Positions 24,201-32,000 of a DNA stretch of 32,000 bases are shown piece after piece. Every line of letters begins with the position of its first letter. Position 1 is the stretch's first letter. The DNA lies in NCBI GenBank assembly GCA_030649345.1, contig JAUSKK010000054.1, positions 1 to 32,000 of the forward strand, given 5' to 3'. The notes under the pieces are model-generated. The model did not search any database and had not been told where the DNA came from. It saw only the letters and a program-made list of their open reading frames with translations. The position numbers were made by a program, and so were the translations under genes. This DNA comes from Candidatus Iainarchaeum sp. (GTDB lineage: Archaea; Iainarchaeota; Iainarchaeia; Iainarchaeales; 0-14-0-20-34-12).

Positions 24201-27200
24201 ATATTCGGGTTGTCCAGCCAATGTTGCACTCGTAGATCCAAAGAATACGTCAGCTTGTTTTCTTTTTTCTGGATCATTTAATCCTTCTTCTTGTCTTCTG
24301 GCAACTACTTCGAGTAAAATATCATCTACACTTAATTCATCTGGGCCAGTCCAAGCTACATTCGGAATATAGTACGAGCCTACATCTAATTTGATTAATC
24401 TGGAAACCAAATCATACGGGCTTAGTCCACAGCTTTCTAATTTAATTAAAGCTTCATTGCTTTCTCTTGTTACTTTGTCTTTGGCTCTAGCTTTAACTTT
24501 CAATTGAGTGCTTAATGCATTTTTGATTTGAGTTACATCTCCTACTGCACATAATTTTACTGCAAAAGAATAATTGGTCAAATTTTTTGGATCTTGTTTT
24601 AATTGAATTACTGTTCCTTCAATTTTATTAGTTGGATCATCGGAGTATTCTTGAATAATTTCATCTTTTTTAATATCATTTAATCCAGGAATTCCTGTTT
24701 GTTCTTCGTTAGCTAATAAATAAACCGGTGTTTTTGCATTTGCTCGAATGACTTTTGTAATGTCTGCAAATCCTGCTGTGCTAATTTTTCCATTTTTGGC
24801 ATCTTCTACTAATTGAGCCCAATTGGTTTGCAGAATAATTCGTTCTCCAATGGTGCTGGATACATTCATATCCAAACAAGTTTCTGTAGAATACAAAGCC
24901 AAAGCTGCTTTAGGATCAGGCTGGCTGGGATTAACTTGAGGTCTGGCTGAAGTTGGCAAGTCTCTTAGTACTAATTCTGTTTTGTCTGCATTCATGCATC
25001 CATTGCCTTCCAATCCTCCTTTGGCTAAACTATCTATTCCTTTTCCAATTTCTGTGCCTAATTGTTTTTGGAATTCTGGATTGCTGGAAACATAAATGTC
25101 ATTAATAATGGCATCAATTTTGACTGGTTTTACATTGCCTTCAGCGTCTGTGACTTTTTCCATTTTTAATTTGATTACTCCAGAGCCTTCGACTGGCCCA
25201 ACTGTTAAATTCAAGTAATTATTGTTTCCGCTTTTTCCTGTTCTGCCTTCATTTTTTCCAAACAAGCTTTTTGCTAAACTACTTTTTAATTCTTCAAATT
25301 GTTTGGCATCTGTATTCGCTGGAGTGTCTCCTGCAACTGTTCCCAAAAAAGTATTGCTTCTTGTATTCAAAGTTAAGTCTTCGTCTTTGGGTAAAAAATT
25401 CATTACATTTTGTATTTGTTCAGTACATTCTGCAGTAATTTTTCGTTCATCTTGTAATTGGAAAGAAAATACCAATCCTTCGTCGCTGAATTTTCCGCCT
25501 ATATTTTGTACAGCTCCATCCAAGCTAATTCTGTATCTTCCACAGCCTGCTAAAATTCTAGGAACTCGAATTTGGTGGACTGAAAAACTGGAAGTAATTA
25601 ATTCTGCACTTTCTTCTATGGTGTTGACTGCATATCCTTTGATTTCTTTGAACTTGGTGCTGTCATCTAATATTTTTTTGACCAATTCACTGGTAACTAC
25701 ATCGTTTTGCAAGTATACTTCTAGGAAAGGAACACTAATTCCAAGAGAACTGAATGAACAAAATGTTTGGGTTGGATCACAACTTCCTGCATTGCGTGCA
25801 TCATAGCTTATTTCTCTTAATCTTCTGCGTACATCTCCTGCCAATCTGTTTATTTTTCCCAAAACATGCTGAGTCATTTGTTTGGCGTCACAATAATGAG
25901 CTGAACAATCGGCTTCATTTTGGGTTGCAATATCCGGCAATTTAATGCTTACTGTTGTTTTTTCGTCTCCGCAAATTGGCATTTCAAAACTAGCTGTAGC
26001 TTTTCCTTCTTCGCTTAATTCTTTTCCCAATAAAATAGTAGCCAATAACTTGTTGGATTTACTGAATTGCTGGCTGCGTACTAAAAATCCTTTGACACTA
26101 ATGGCTTCAGGTCTTTGTCCTGGACTAACATAGTCTGATTTTTTTCCTAAAGTTAATTTGTATTCTTGGCTTTCTCCTGGATTCAATACAGTACTTGCGC
26201 CTTCAAGTTTGAGTTCATTTTGTCCGAATAAAGTTCGGTCTAAAGTTAATTCTCTAACTTCTTCTGCACAATTGTTTTGGATTCTAATTTTTTTCTCCAA
26301 TACTCCGGCTGAACTAACTTCACTTTGGAATCGTAAAGGTTCTACTTCAAATACTTTCAGGCATTCTCCGCCGGAAATATAAACTTGTAAATCTACTGCA
26401 GTTAATTCAATTCTTCGGCCATTCACTGAACCCCAAATAATAATTCGTGCAGGAATTGTTTTTCCTTCCAAGGCTTTGGTAGCTGCAGTGCTTAAGTAAA
26501 TTGTTTTCGGAGGATTCAATTGTTGTCCTGGCATTAACATTCCTTGCCATAAACTTTTTTGGCTTCCGAAATAAGTAAAATTATTAGAGCCAAGCTGACT
26601 GAATGAATTGTTTGGATTTCCAAATTGGGTTTGTCCAAATCCTTGATTGTATCCTAAATTATATCCGCCAGTTGGACTGGAATTAAATCCTCCAAAGCCA
26701 GGCTGTTGGCTGAGTGCATACATTGGATTTTGCAAAGGATTATTGGGCACACCGTATTGGGGTGTATCGTAGGGCAATACTTCTGGTCTTTGATACAATG
26801 TTTGATTGTCATAACTTGGCTGTGTTCCTTGTGTTGATTGATATCCTGTAGCAAACAAGGCATTGCCTCCAGATTCTACTGGCAAAATATCAATGTCTAA
26901 ACTACCTGAAAATCCAGGTGCTAAAACTGTAGTGAATTGCAATGCATTGATTGGGAATTCTCCCACGTTTTTAATATACAAAGGCAAGTATCCTGTGGCT
27001 CTTTCTTGTAAATTTCCAGTAGTTTGGTTTTCTCCTTTGGCTAAAAATACTTGTCCATTATTTCCTGCAATAGCCTGCAATCCAAATTGCGGTGGAACTA
27101 CTCGGACAAATAAAGGAATACTGGCAGTCATTTGCGGAGAATTGAAAAATATTCTATACGGGTATTGTAAAATTCCTTGTCTTGGAATCCGGTTGGATAA

Positions 27201-30200
27201 ACTTAAGCTAATGCTTTTTTCTTCTCCAATTTGTAAACTCAAAGAAGGAGCTGTAATGGTTAATTGCTGGTCTTGTTCCAATCCTTCAATTCGGGTTGAA
27301 AAACTTAAAGCTTGCGAGCATTCATTTCGTACAATAATGTCTACTCTTGCACTGGTATTATCTAAGCCTAACAAGAAAGCTTGAGCTTGCGGTGTATTAA
27401 ACACCAAACAATCTTGGGGTAATTCTTTATTGTAATTTACTGTTACTCTTGTTCTGATTTCCACTGGGAAAACATCTTCAACTGTACCGCGAACAATTAC
27501 TTCAGCTTCGCCGTGCAGTCTTTCTTCTGGATTGGTTCCTTTAAATCGTGCATTCAAATTTAGTGAACCTGTTTCATTTTCGCTTAAAGCGCTTTGAATT
27601 TGTGCTTCAAGTACTAAATTTTCCGGCCAAAATTCAGATTCTTGTACTTCTACAGTTAAAGATTTAATTTTGAACGAACTTTTGTTTTGAATATTGATTC
27701 GTTTGCTTTCGGTTTTTTTATTGGGCTGTAAATCAAACAAAGTAGTTTCCTGTAAAGTTAAAACATCTGTTTTTCCAATGAAAATAGATTGTTCGATTTT
27801 TCTATAATTGGGTGCAGTAACTTCTACAATTAATACTCCAGCTGGCAGTCCTGCAGGAAAACCATATTCTCCGTTTCTTCCTTTTTTACCAGCATTATTT
27901 CCAATGACACTTCGTAAAGATTTTTTCTTTCCATCCAATATGCGTACAGTTGCATTGCTTACAAATTCACTGCTTTCTGAATCTTTGACTTGAATGGTAA
28001 ACGGCTGTCCAATCACAATTTTTTCAGGAACAATTTTGAGGTCCATTTCTTTTTCAGAATATACTGTAAAAAAGTGTGTTTTTTCTGTTTCTGTTTCTCC
28101 AACTTTGACTTTGATTTGCAGGAAAGTATTTTCTGCTTTTTTGGTTCTAAATGTTATGCGAATCTTTTTTTCTTCTCCTTGAGTTAATTGCAGTAAATCA
28201 ATGCGGTCTTCTACATCCAAAGAATCTTCCTGTGAAAATACATTGCTGAGTTGTCCAATTTGTCTTCCATTCAATCCAATTTTGGGGTTTTGTTTATCTG
28301 TGCTTACCGTAATAATAGGCCGGGCATTTTGGGTTGCTTTTAATGTTAATTCCAATGCATAAGTTCGATTCGTTAAAGGATTGAATTCATGTTCTAAAAA
28401 TTTGTTGCCTTGATCGTCTACAAATATGCTGGAAAAACAAACAGTGTTTACACATTCGGGTGTATCTTCAAATAATGGAATGGCTGCAAGTTTAGCTTCT
28501 GCATACAATGCACTTCTATGTTCATTCGAATTAGCTGTTTCCAAAACTGAGTCTAAAGGTTCTCTGAAAAATTCTCCATTGAGTGTACTCCAAGCTCTGT
28601 ATCTGACTGTAATCTCATTTTCTTGCAATGTTTCTCTGGCTCGAATTTTTAATCGTACAATTTCGACTGTATTGGGTTTGTCAAAATATAAATCCAGCCA
28701 TTTATTGTATGAATTTGCAGTTCCTTTATTGCTGCGGTCCAATCCTTCATTGCCGGGTTCAGGTGTAGCCATATAGGTTCTGCCATATGCAAAATTGCTG
28801 GCTGTGGAATCAAATCCTAAAATTCCTGAACTTTGAGAGTCTGCGAATTTTACAGAATCATCTCCGATTCTAAAATGAGCCCCTGAAGACAATTGAGTTG
28901 GACTAAATTCTAATTTGAATTTTAGCCAATAAAATTTTTCTTTCGAAATTCCTTCAACTATTTTTCCATGCTCGTCTTCAATTCCAATGAATTCAATTTT
29001 TGGGCTTAATCCTGCAGTGCTTTTGGATAAAGTAATATCTGCAGTTTTTCTTCCATTCATTTGAATTTCTTGAGAAAAAGTATTTCCATCCAAAAAAGTT
29101 GCCTGCAGTATAAAGTTTTCTTTGCCCAATCCATCAAAACTAACTTGGCCTAAATTACTAGGCCCAGTGTATAAAACTGTTCCATCTTTGGCTGTGATAA
29201 CCAAATTTCCGTCAATGATTTGTCCTGTTTCGTCTTTTAAATTTAAAGTAACCAAAGTCAAAGGCTTAATTAATTGAATTTTGATTTCATTTCTTTTTCC
29301 AGACTCAATACTTGTACTTCCTGTTCCTGCTTCAAAGTCTTTTCTGGCTTTGGCTTTAATTTGAGTATTCAATCGCACAGTAGCTTGCTGATATCCTGTT
29401 AAGTCTGTAACACTCGAAGGATAACCTGCAGGCCATTCTTTTCCATCTATAATTTCCAATAATTCAATGGTTGCATTATTGGCTGGTCTAAGCAATGAAT
29501 CCAATACAAAAATATTCAATAAAGTAGAATTTCGGCTATGCACTGGTTCTAAGTTTAAATTTACAGTTGGCTGATCTACTGGTTTGATTGTTTTATGTTC
29601 TGGTAAATATCCTGCTTTAAATCCTGTGACAATATATTCTGTGTTTTGATCCAAGCCTCGGAATTCTATTGTGCCAGATAAATCAGTTGTTTTTTCTTCC
29701 AGTAAAGTATTTTCCAATGAATAAATTTTTACAATTCCATCACTTAAAGGAACACTGCCTTGATCCAATAAATGTACTTCAATACTTTCTCCGCCTTGTT
29801 CTAAAAATGCTTCTACAATTTCTTGTTCTTGTCTTAATGTTCTGGCTGAAATTTCTGTACTAATGTATCCTAATTTTTCGACTGTAATTCGTACACTGGT
29901 TCCAGTATCCAATAATTCAGTATAACTTCCATCTTCGTCTTGGACTTCAGAAATTAAATCATTGGTTAAACCGTCAAAAATTTTTATTTTAACTGCAGTT
30001 AATTGCTGCTGTGTTTGTTTGTCTTTGGCTACAATTAATAATTGGGTTTTTCCTTGAAATGAAATAATGCTGGGCTTTAATTCAAATAAAGTAATTTGTT
30101 CGCTGTCAAATACAAATGGATCACTGCTTTGTTCATAGCCATTGGCTCGGGTAATTAAAAATCCCTGCAAGCCTACTGGAATTCCAGTAAATGAAAATAC

Positions 30201-30791
30201 ATTATCTGTTCCTAGAATTCCGTCAATTGTTTTTTCTGCAACTACAAACTGGGCTTGCACTTCACTGACTGGTAAACCGGATTCAGAGTCTACAAATTTA
30301 ATTTTTCCATCTACATAGCTTAAAATTTTATTCAAAGTTAAACGCAATGAAAGTTGTTCTGATTCTAAAACAATTTCTTGTTCTGTGCTTTCATATCCTT
30401 CTTTGCTGGCCCGCACTAAAAGTGTACTGCCAATTTTGAGTCCTTCCAAGGAAAGCGTTTGATTGGCGGAAACAATTTCTCGCTTGATTGAATTACCGGC
30501 TGCGTCCAAAATTTCTAAAGTGACTCCGCTAAGAGATTGATCAAAATTATCTTGTAAGCGTAAAGAAATTTCTGGATTAATGGATGTTCCCAAAGGAGAC
30601 AAAGAAAATACAGCAACAAAAATTAAAATAATTAAAGCCAAAGTTACAGGCAAACTCGGCAAGCCTTTGCTTTCCCAAAAATTATTGTATACATGAACTG
30701 GAATGCCGCGTGAATCCAAAGCTTCCAGCAAAGCATACCATTTGTCTTCAATGCCTGCATAAATTCTGCCTAAAATGTCAGAGATTCCCAT
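21294..30791 (-). CDS. Giant membrane-anchored surface protein, paralog 3 (about 3165 aa)
   Basis: Uninterrupted ORF in the track. I prefer ATG 30791 (MGISDILGRIYAGIEDKWYALLEALDSRGIPVHV...LPSLP plus TM TLALIILIFVAVFSL) to the track's GTG 30800, because giant 2 also starts MG... It has 6-7 beta-sandwich repeats, e.g. IEVHLLDQGSVPLSDGIVKIYSLENTLLEEKTTDLSGTIEFRGLDQNTEYIVTGFKAGYLP. It also has a Q/N/G/Y/F low-complexity tract, a Gly/Ala-rich hydrophobic hairpin, a long helical region and an SLT-like C-terminus. Confidence 0.92.
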   Translation of the reverse strand: MGISDILGRIYAGIEDKWYALLEALDSRGIPVHVYNNFWESKGLPSLPVTLALIILIFVAVFSLSPLGTSINPEISLRLQDNFDQSLSGVTLEILDAAGNSIKREIVSANQTLSLEGLKIGSTLLVRASKEGYESTEQEIVLESEQLSLRLTLNKILSYVDGKIKFVDSESGLPVSEVQAQFVVAEKTIDGILGTDNVFSFTGIPVGLQGFLITRANGYEQSSDPFVFDSEQITLFELKPSIISFQGKTQLLIVAKDKQTQQQLTAVKIKIFDGLTNDLISEVQDEDGSYTELLDTGTSVRITVEKLGYISTEISARTLRQEQEIVEAFLEQGGESIEVHLLDQGSVPLSDGIVKIYSLENTLLEEKTTDLSGTIEFRGLDQNTEYIVTGFKAGYLPEHKTIKPVDQPTVNLNLEPVHSRNSTLLNIFVLDSLLRPANNATIELLEIIDGKEWPAGYPSSVTDLTGYQQATVRLNTQIKAKARKDFEAGTGSTSIESGKRNEIKIQLIKPLTLVTLNLKDETGQIIDGNLVITAKDGTVLYTGPSNLGQVSFDGLGKENFILQATFLDGNTFSQEIQMNGRKTADITLSKSTAGLSPKIEFIGIEDEHGKIVEGISKEKFYWLKFKLEFSPTQLSSGAHFRIGDDSVKFADSQSSGILGFDSTASNFAYGRTYMATPEPGNEGLDRSNKGTANSYNKWLDLYFDKPNTVEIVRLKIRARETLQENEITVRYRAWSTLNGEFFREPLDSVLETANSNEHRSALYAEAKLAAIPLFEDTPECVNTVCFSSIFVDDQGNKFLEHEFNPLTNRTYALELTLKATQNARPIITVSTDKQNPKIGLNGRQIGQLSNVFSQEDSLDVEDRIDLLQLTQGEEKKIRITFRTKKAENTFLQIKVKVGETETEKTHFFTVYSEKEMDLKIVPEKIVIGQPFTIQVKDSESSEFVSNATVRILDGKKKSLRSVIGNNAGKKGRNGEYGFPAGLPAGVLIVEVTAPNYRKIEQSIFIGKTDVLTLQETTLFDLQPNKKTESKRINIQNKSSFKIKSLTVEVQESEFWPENLVLEAQIQSALSENETGSLNLNARFKGTNPEERLHGEAEVIVRGTVEDVFPVEIRTRVTVNYNKELPQDCLVFNTPQAQAFLLGLDNTSARVDIIVRNECSQALSFSTRIEGLEQDQQLTITAPSLSLQIGEEKSISLSLSNRIPRQGILQYPYRIFFNSPQMTASIPLFVRVVPPQFGLQAIAGNNGQVFLAKGENQTTGNLQERATGYLPLYIKNVGEFPINALQFTTVLAPGFSGSLDIDILPVESGGNALFATGYQSTQGTQPSYDNQTLYQRPEVLPYDTPQYGVPNNPLQNPMYALSQQPGFGGFNSSPTGGYNLGYNQGFGQTQFGNPNNSFSQLGSNNFTYFGSQKSLWQGMLMPGQQLNPPKTIYLSTAATKALEGKTIPARIIIWGSVNGRRIELTAVDLQVYISGGECLKVFEVEPLRFQSEVSSAGVLEKKIRIQNNCAEEVRELTLDRTLFGQNELKLEGASTVLNPGESQEYKLTLGKKSDYVSPGQRPEAISVKGFLVRSQQFSKSNKLLATILLGKELSEEGKATASFEMPICGDEKTTVSIKLPDIATQNEADCSAHYCDAKQMTQHVLGKINRLAGDVRRRLREISYDARNAGSCDPTQTFCSFSSLGISVPFLEVYLQNDVVTSELVKKILDDSTKFKEIKGYAVNTIEESAELITSSFSVHQIRVPRILAGCGRYRISLDGAVQNIGGKFSDEGLVFSFQLQDERKITAECTEQIQNVMNFLPKDEDLTLNTRSNTFLGTVAGDTPANTDAKQFEELKSSLAKSLFGKNEGRTGKSGNNNYLNLTVGPVEGSGVIKLKMEKVTDAEGNVKPVKIDAIINDIYVSSNPEFQKQLGTEIGKGIDSLAKGGLEGNGCMNADKTELVLRDLPTSARPQVNPSQPDPKAALALYSTETCLDMNVSSTIGERIILQTNWAQLVEDAKNGKISTAGFADITKVIRANAKTPVYLLANEEQTGIPGLNDIKKDEIIQEYSDDPTNKIEGTVIQLKQDPKNLTNYSFAVKLCAVGDVTQIKNALSTQLKVKARAKDKVTRESNEALIKLESCGLSPYDLVSRLIKLDVGSYYIPNVAWTGPDELSVDDILLEVVARRQEEGLNDPEKRKQADVFFGSTSATLAGQPEYYQEVRTAKKWALAGYTGTCAAVSIACNAISFRGGIGLGGLALSVAGDCGITAGSALFNMPGVDYSQTLKNLGDYVLPPYNLSQDITAYQNLPTPDPRQAVIDAANNNDTGIIGGRLEQALTSVTIGAFIGEYLQVSGKILTAGQVAEVTQLMTNNSIEAIGNRLYGAAPIPRPVNWGLIRNELHAILEHSIQERITALQRAKTIVTAQLLQTEFDAALTHAKADPALAQRFRTLYQEIGASNAALAPRYRAPGAGYAEELQKVEDAVIDARKGIRTQALTAAEAAAKSIGEKGIALEVTPAIGELLASGDAAAIAAQMGNPTVQTELTSIRHRIAESIWSSVEESGNLAGRIDDVTKTAFIANIEAELATPGVLTLNPGNLTVGDVIEKGSTSRTTQVGTKEVVKELEKRFTKEQLTETIERLAKESSHLTEKLEQASVDELKAIYDEIPGKLTITDTRSIGTGAPGRTRVINAILDNIHATNVQTRMEQTFGTNLLEELVEKSENQKLVKEVLQEVGSKETVNEIYHNFGTVTETRPNEVARKIHFKLDAVQIEQATKRALNLAPESPGNILLENAATTGRAKVKIGTAEINYSELANPAQREGEAAKQLLKDSEEFKAIIKEGIEGETVSFSRGRLARLGSVIRNMFTWEGAKGLGKGILCAGLANGAGNLAWDDLFKRNLTAGIGTQDFSGKDISDIDGDGKADVIPIPFGQILKNNCAHRVDISVGKAGDRKYIIQNLCNKPERPADIPEKNEIKAKCDASYLSEKPVIGNLRVPAPSENQGTDVFEFVGYQKYKSEIAKATEGKANVDDALIFAVMNVTTRIGFAQGDNKQLTGVDLIADYIGLCDTHDAVSVNNAEENIKCIAKRLNDWKALDQPYTDSSGINSPNFETALKNYYNGTSTGDYNGISARYLHKAIGTEKEFVSLVKQQYEKFSKFCIQNRAEVQIKALGISGLSTTKVKCKN

Positions 30792-30855
30792 ACAGTTCAC
30801 ATTTCACTAAGTATAATTAATTAAACCTAATTCCCTTAATTAATCTAATGTTTAG

Positions 30856-30925
30856 CAGAATGTTGAATATTTGCTAATTCAATATACTGAAATCAAGCAT
30901 ATTCTTTTATTTGTTCAACATTCTG
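30856..30925. promoter_or_regulatory. 12-bp perfect inverted repeat (CAGAATGTTGAA ... TTCAACATTCTG) in the divergent intergenic region
   Basis: Arms at 30856-30867 and 30914-30925 with a 46-nt A/T-rich spacer. It lies between the divergently transcribed giant 3 and the 198-aa gene. TATA-like ttataatatataaa follows at 30929-30942. Confidence 0.4.
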
Positions 30926-30987
30926 TTCTTATAATATATAAATGTAAATAATAAATAAACCAGTAGGGTTATTTTTGGGTTGATTCA

Positions 30988-31584
30988 ATGGTTTCTGCAA
31001 GGCCAAGTGCTCGTTTTCGTGTTTTAGGCTCTAAACTTTTGGCTGAACTTCGCAGGCCTAGAACAGGCAAACATAGTATACTTCAAAAAAGAAGCAGACT
31101 TAAAGCAGCTTTTGAAAAACGTTTAGGCCAATTTCAGCAAGTTTTCAAGTTTTATAAATTGGACCAAATTTCTGTTTCTGCAAAATTATTAAGATCTCCG
31201 AAAGGCTTGCAAAAATTTCGCGGAATTTTGGTTGAAATTTCCAGAGTTGAAAAAGAATATGGCAGTGAATCTAGAAAAATTAATTTATTGAGAACTGAAT
31301 TGACTGAAATGGCGCAAGCAACCAGAGCACGCAGAGGTCCGCATTTGACTGCCTTGGAAAATTTGTATACTTTGCAAGCTGTGAATTTTTCTTTGGAACG
31401 CGAATGGCAAACGCGTGCATTGCATAATCGTTTAAGAATTCTTTCCAATAATCCAGAAGCGCATTTTGATGTTTTGAAAAATGACTTGATTTATTTTCAA
31501 AACATTCAGGCATCTATGGCTGCCAATGTAAAAGAAATGGAACGCATTCAAGGCAGTTTAAGAAAAAGTTATTTTGTTCAATAA
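30988..31584 (+). CDS. Hypothetical Arg/Lys-rich, predicted helical protein (198 aa)
   Basis: Longest ORF here, and together with the RHH-PIN pair one of only three credible + strand genes in the window. The composition is basic (RRPRTGKHSILQKRSRLKAAFEKRLGQ...). No family recognised. The minus-strand ORFs inside it translate to low-quality sequence. Confidence 0.6.
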   Translation: MVSARPSARFRVLGSKLLAELRRPRTGKHSILQKRSRLKAAFEKRLGQFQQVFKFYKLDQISVSAKLLRSPKGLQKFRGILVEISRVEKEYGSESRKINLLRTELTEMAQATRARRGPHLTALENLYTLQAVNFSLEREWQTRALHNRLRILSNNPEAHFDVLKNDLIYFQNIQASMAANVKEMERIQGSLRKSYFVQ

Positions 31585-31585
31585 T

Positions 31586-32000
31586 TTATGCAAAATCCGT
31601 TACTTGAATTCGTACAGCTGTAGTGAATGGATTAATTTGAATGACTAATTGTCTGTCCTGAATTTTTATTTGTGCTTGATTTCCTGAAGTAAATTGCAAG
31701 CTAACATTTTTGTAAAGTGTTTTGGCAAAATCTCTGGGCAAAATAATTTCCAAATAATTTACATTGGGTACATTTTTAGTTTCAAATACTTCCGTGATTC
31801 GTACTTGAACTGGTACAATTCCCTGCTGGTCAAATTCTTGTACTTTTTGTTTATTCCAATAAATTACTTTAACTCGATCCCATTCAATTTGGAATACTGT
31901 GAAGTCATTGCTTTTGCTTCCAGCCAATAATCCGCCAATCATTCCTGCGCCTTGAAATTCAAATACAACTTCTTTTCCTGCTTGTGTTCCAATTCCAGTT
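31586..32000 (-). CDS. Hypothetical protein, 3' part (N-terminus beyond the right edge)
   Basis: The frame stays open upstream of the track's Met 31942 to the window edge (hand translation ..TGIGTQAGKEVVFEFQGAGMIGGLLAGSK..). Alternating hydrophobic pattern suggests a beta-rich fold (VKVIYWNKQKVQEF, VPVQVRITEVF, LVIQINPFTTAVRIQVTDFA). It converges on 30988-31584 with a 1-nt gap. Confidence 0.6.
   Translation of the reverse strand, partial: TGIGTQAGKEVVFEFQGAGMIGGLLAGSKSNDFTVFQIEWDRVKVIYWNKQKVQEFDQQGIVPVQVRITEVFETKNVPNVNYLEIILPRDFAKTLYKNVSLQFTSGNQAQIKIQDRQLVIQINPFTTAVRIQVTDFA

Noticed and set aside
21693-29863. Plus-strand and off-frame minus-strand ORFs (60-194 aa) inside giant 3
   Set aside because: Shadow ORFs within a continuous ~3165-codon frame. 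Several are Phe/Leu/Cys-rich translations of homopolymer-rich antisense sequence.
30792-30800. GTG start (MNC-) for giant 3 as given in the track
   Set aside because: The ATG 9 nt downstream gives MGISD.., parallel to MGLGN.. of giant 2. GTGA upstream then serves as a partial SD. The difference is only 3 codons.
31152-31513. Two minus-strand ORFs (98 and 77 aa) inside the 198-aa + strand gene
   Set aside because: They are mutually overlapping, Cys/Phe-rich, and shorter than the + strand ORF, which has a consistent basic/helical composition. Confidence in the + strand call itself is still only moderate.
1-32000. Search for tRNA, rRNA, CRISPR arrays, transposase/integrase genes and a DGR reverse transcriptase/template repeat targeting the giant genes
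   Set aside because: The intergenic spaces are short (37-236 nt) and show no cloverleaf-like or repeat-spacer structure. No ORF resembles a transposase, integrase or reverse transcriptase. I saw no near-identical DNA repeat of a giant-gene segment other than the ~60-bp 3'-end duplication.

Overview
AT-rich window, encoded almost entirely on the minus strand. By coordinates, 25,773 of 32,000 nt (about 80%) belong to three paralogous giant ORFs. Giant 1 (1-7140) is complete at the 5' end and truncated at the 3' end, with 2380 codons in the window; it is missing from the ORF track only because it reaches no stop before the window edge. Giant 2 (9494-18628) is 3044 aa. Giant 3 (21294-30791) is about 3165 aa. 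All three begin with the same short cytoplasmic motif (E-[ED]-K-[WY]-Y-x-[FL]-LD ... IP-[IV]-[YH] ... PS[FL]) and one TM helix, followed by tandem ~85-aa beta-sandwich repeats (carboxypeptidase-regulatory/Ig-like). The long regions after that diverge; they include Q/N/G/Y/F low-complexity tracts, glycine-zipper-like hydrophobic segments, Cys-rich repeats and a shared [FY]CD[AS]xQ[FM]T motif. Giant 3 ends in a degenerate lytic-transglycosylase-like domain. Between the giants lie several smaller genes: a small polytopic membrane protein; a mazEF-type toxin-antitoxin pair; and a divergent RHH/PIN (DUF3368-like) TA cassette flanked by ~60-bp direct repeats that duplicate the 3' end and terminator hairpin of giant 2. 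There is also a Cys-rich 473-aa protein that gains a type IV pilin-like (class III) signal only if translation starts at an ATA codon 9 nt behind a perfect AGGAGG, and a Bro-N/DinD-like gene split by one in-frame TAA. I recognised no rRNA, tRNA, CRISPR array, transposase or integrase. Several features suggest an ultra-small episymbiotic archaeon (DPANN-like): AAGCTTTAWW (BRE/TATA-like) boxes, GGTG/GAGG SD-like sites, a pilin-type signal lacking Glu+5, and the giant anchored surface proteins. This lineage call is inference only. My candidate for the undescribed system is the cluster of giant proteins plus the pilin-like gene, acting as a cell-cell (host) attachment and envelope-penetration apparatus.
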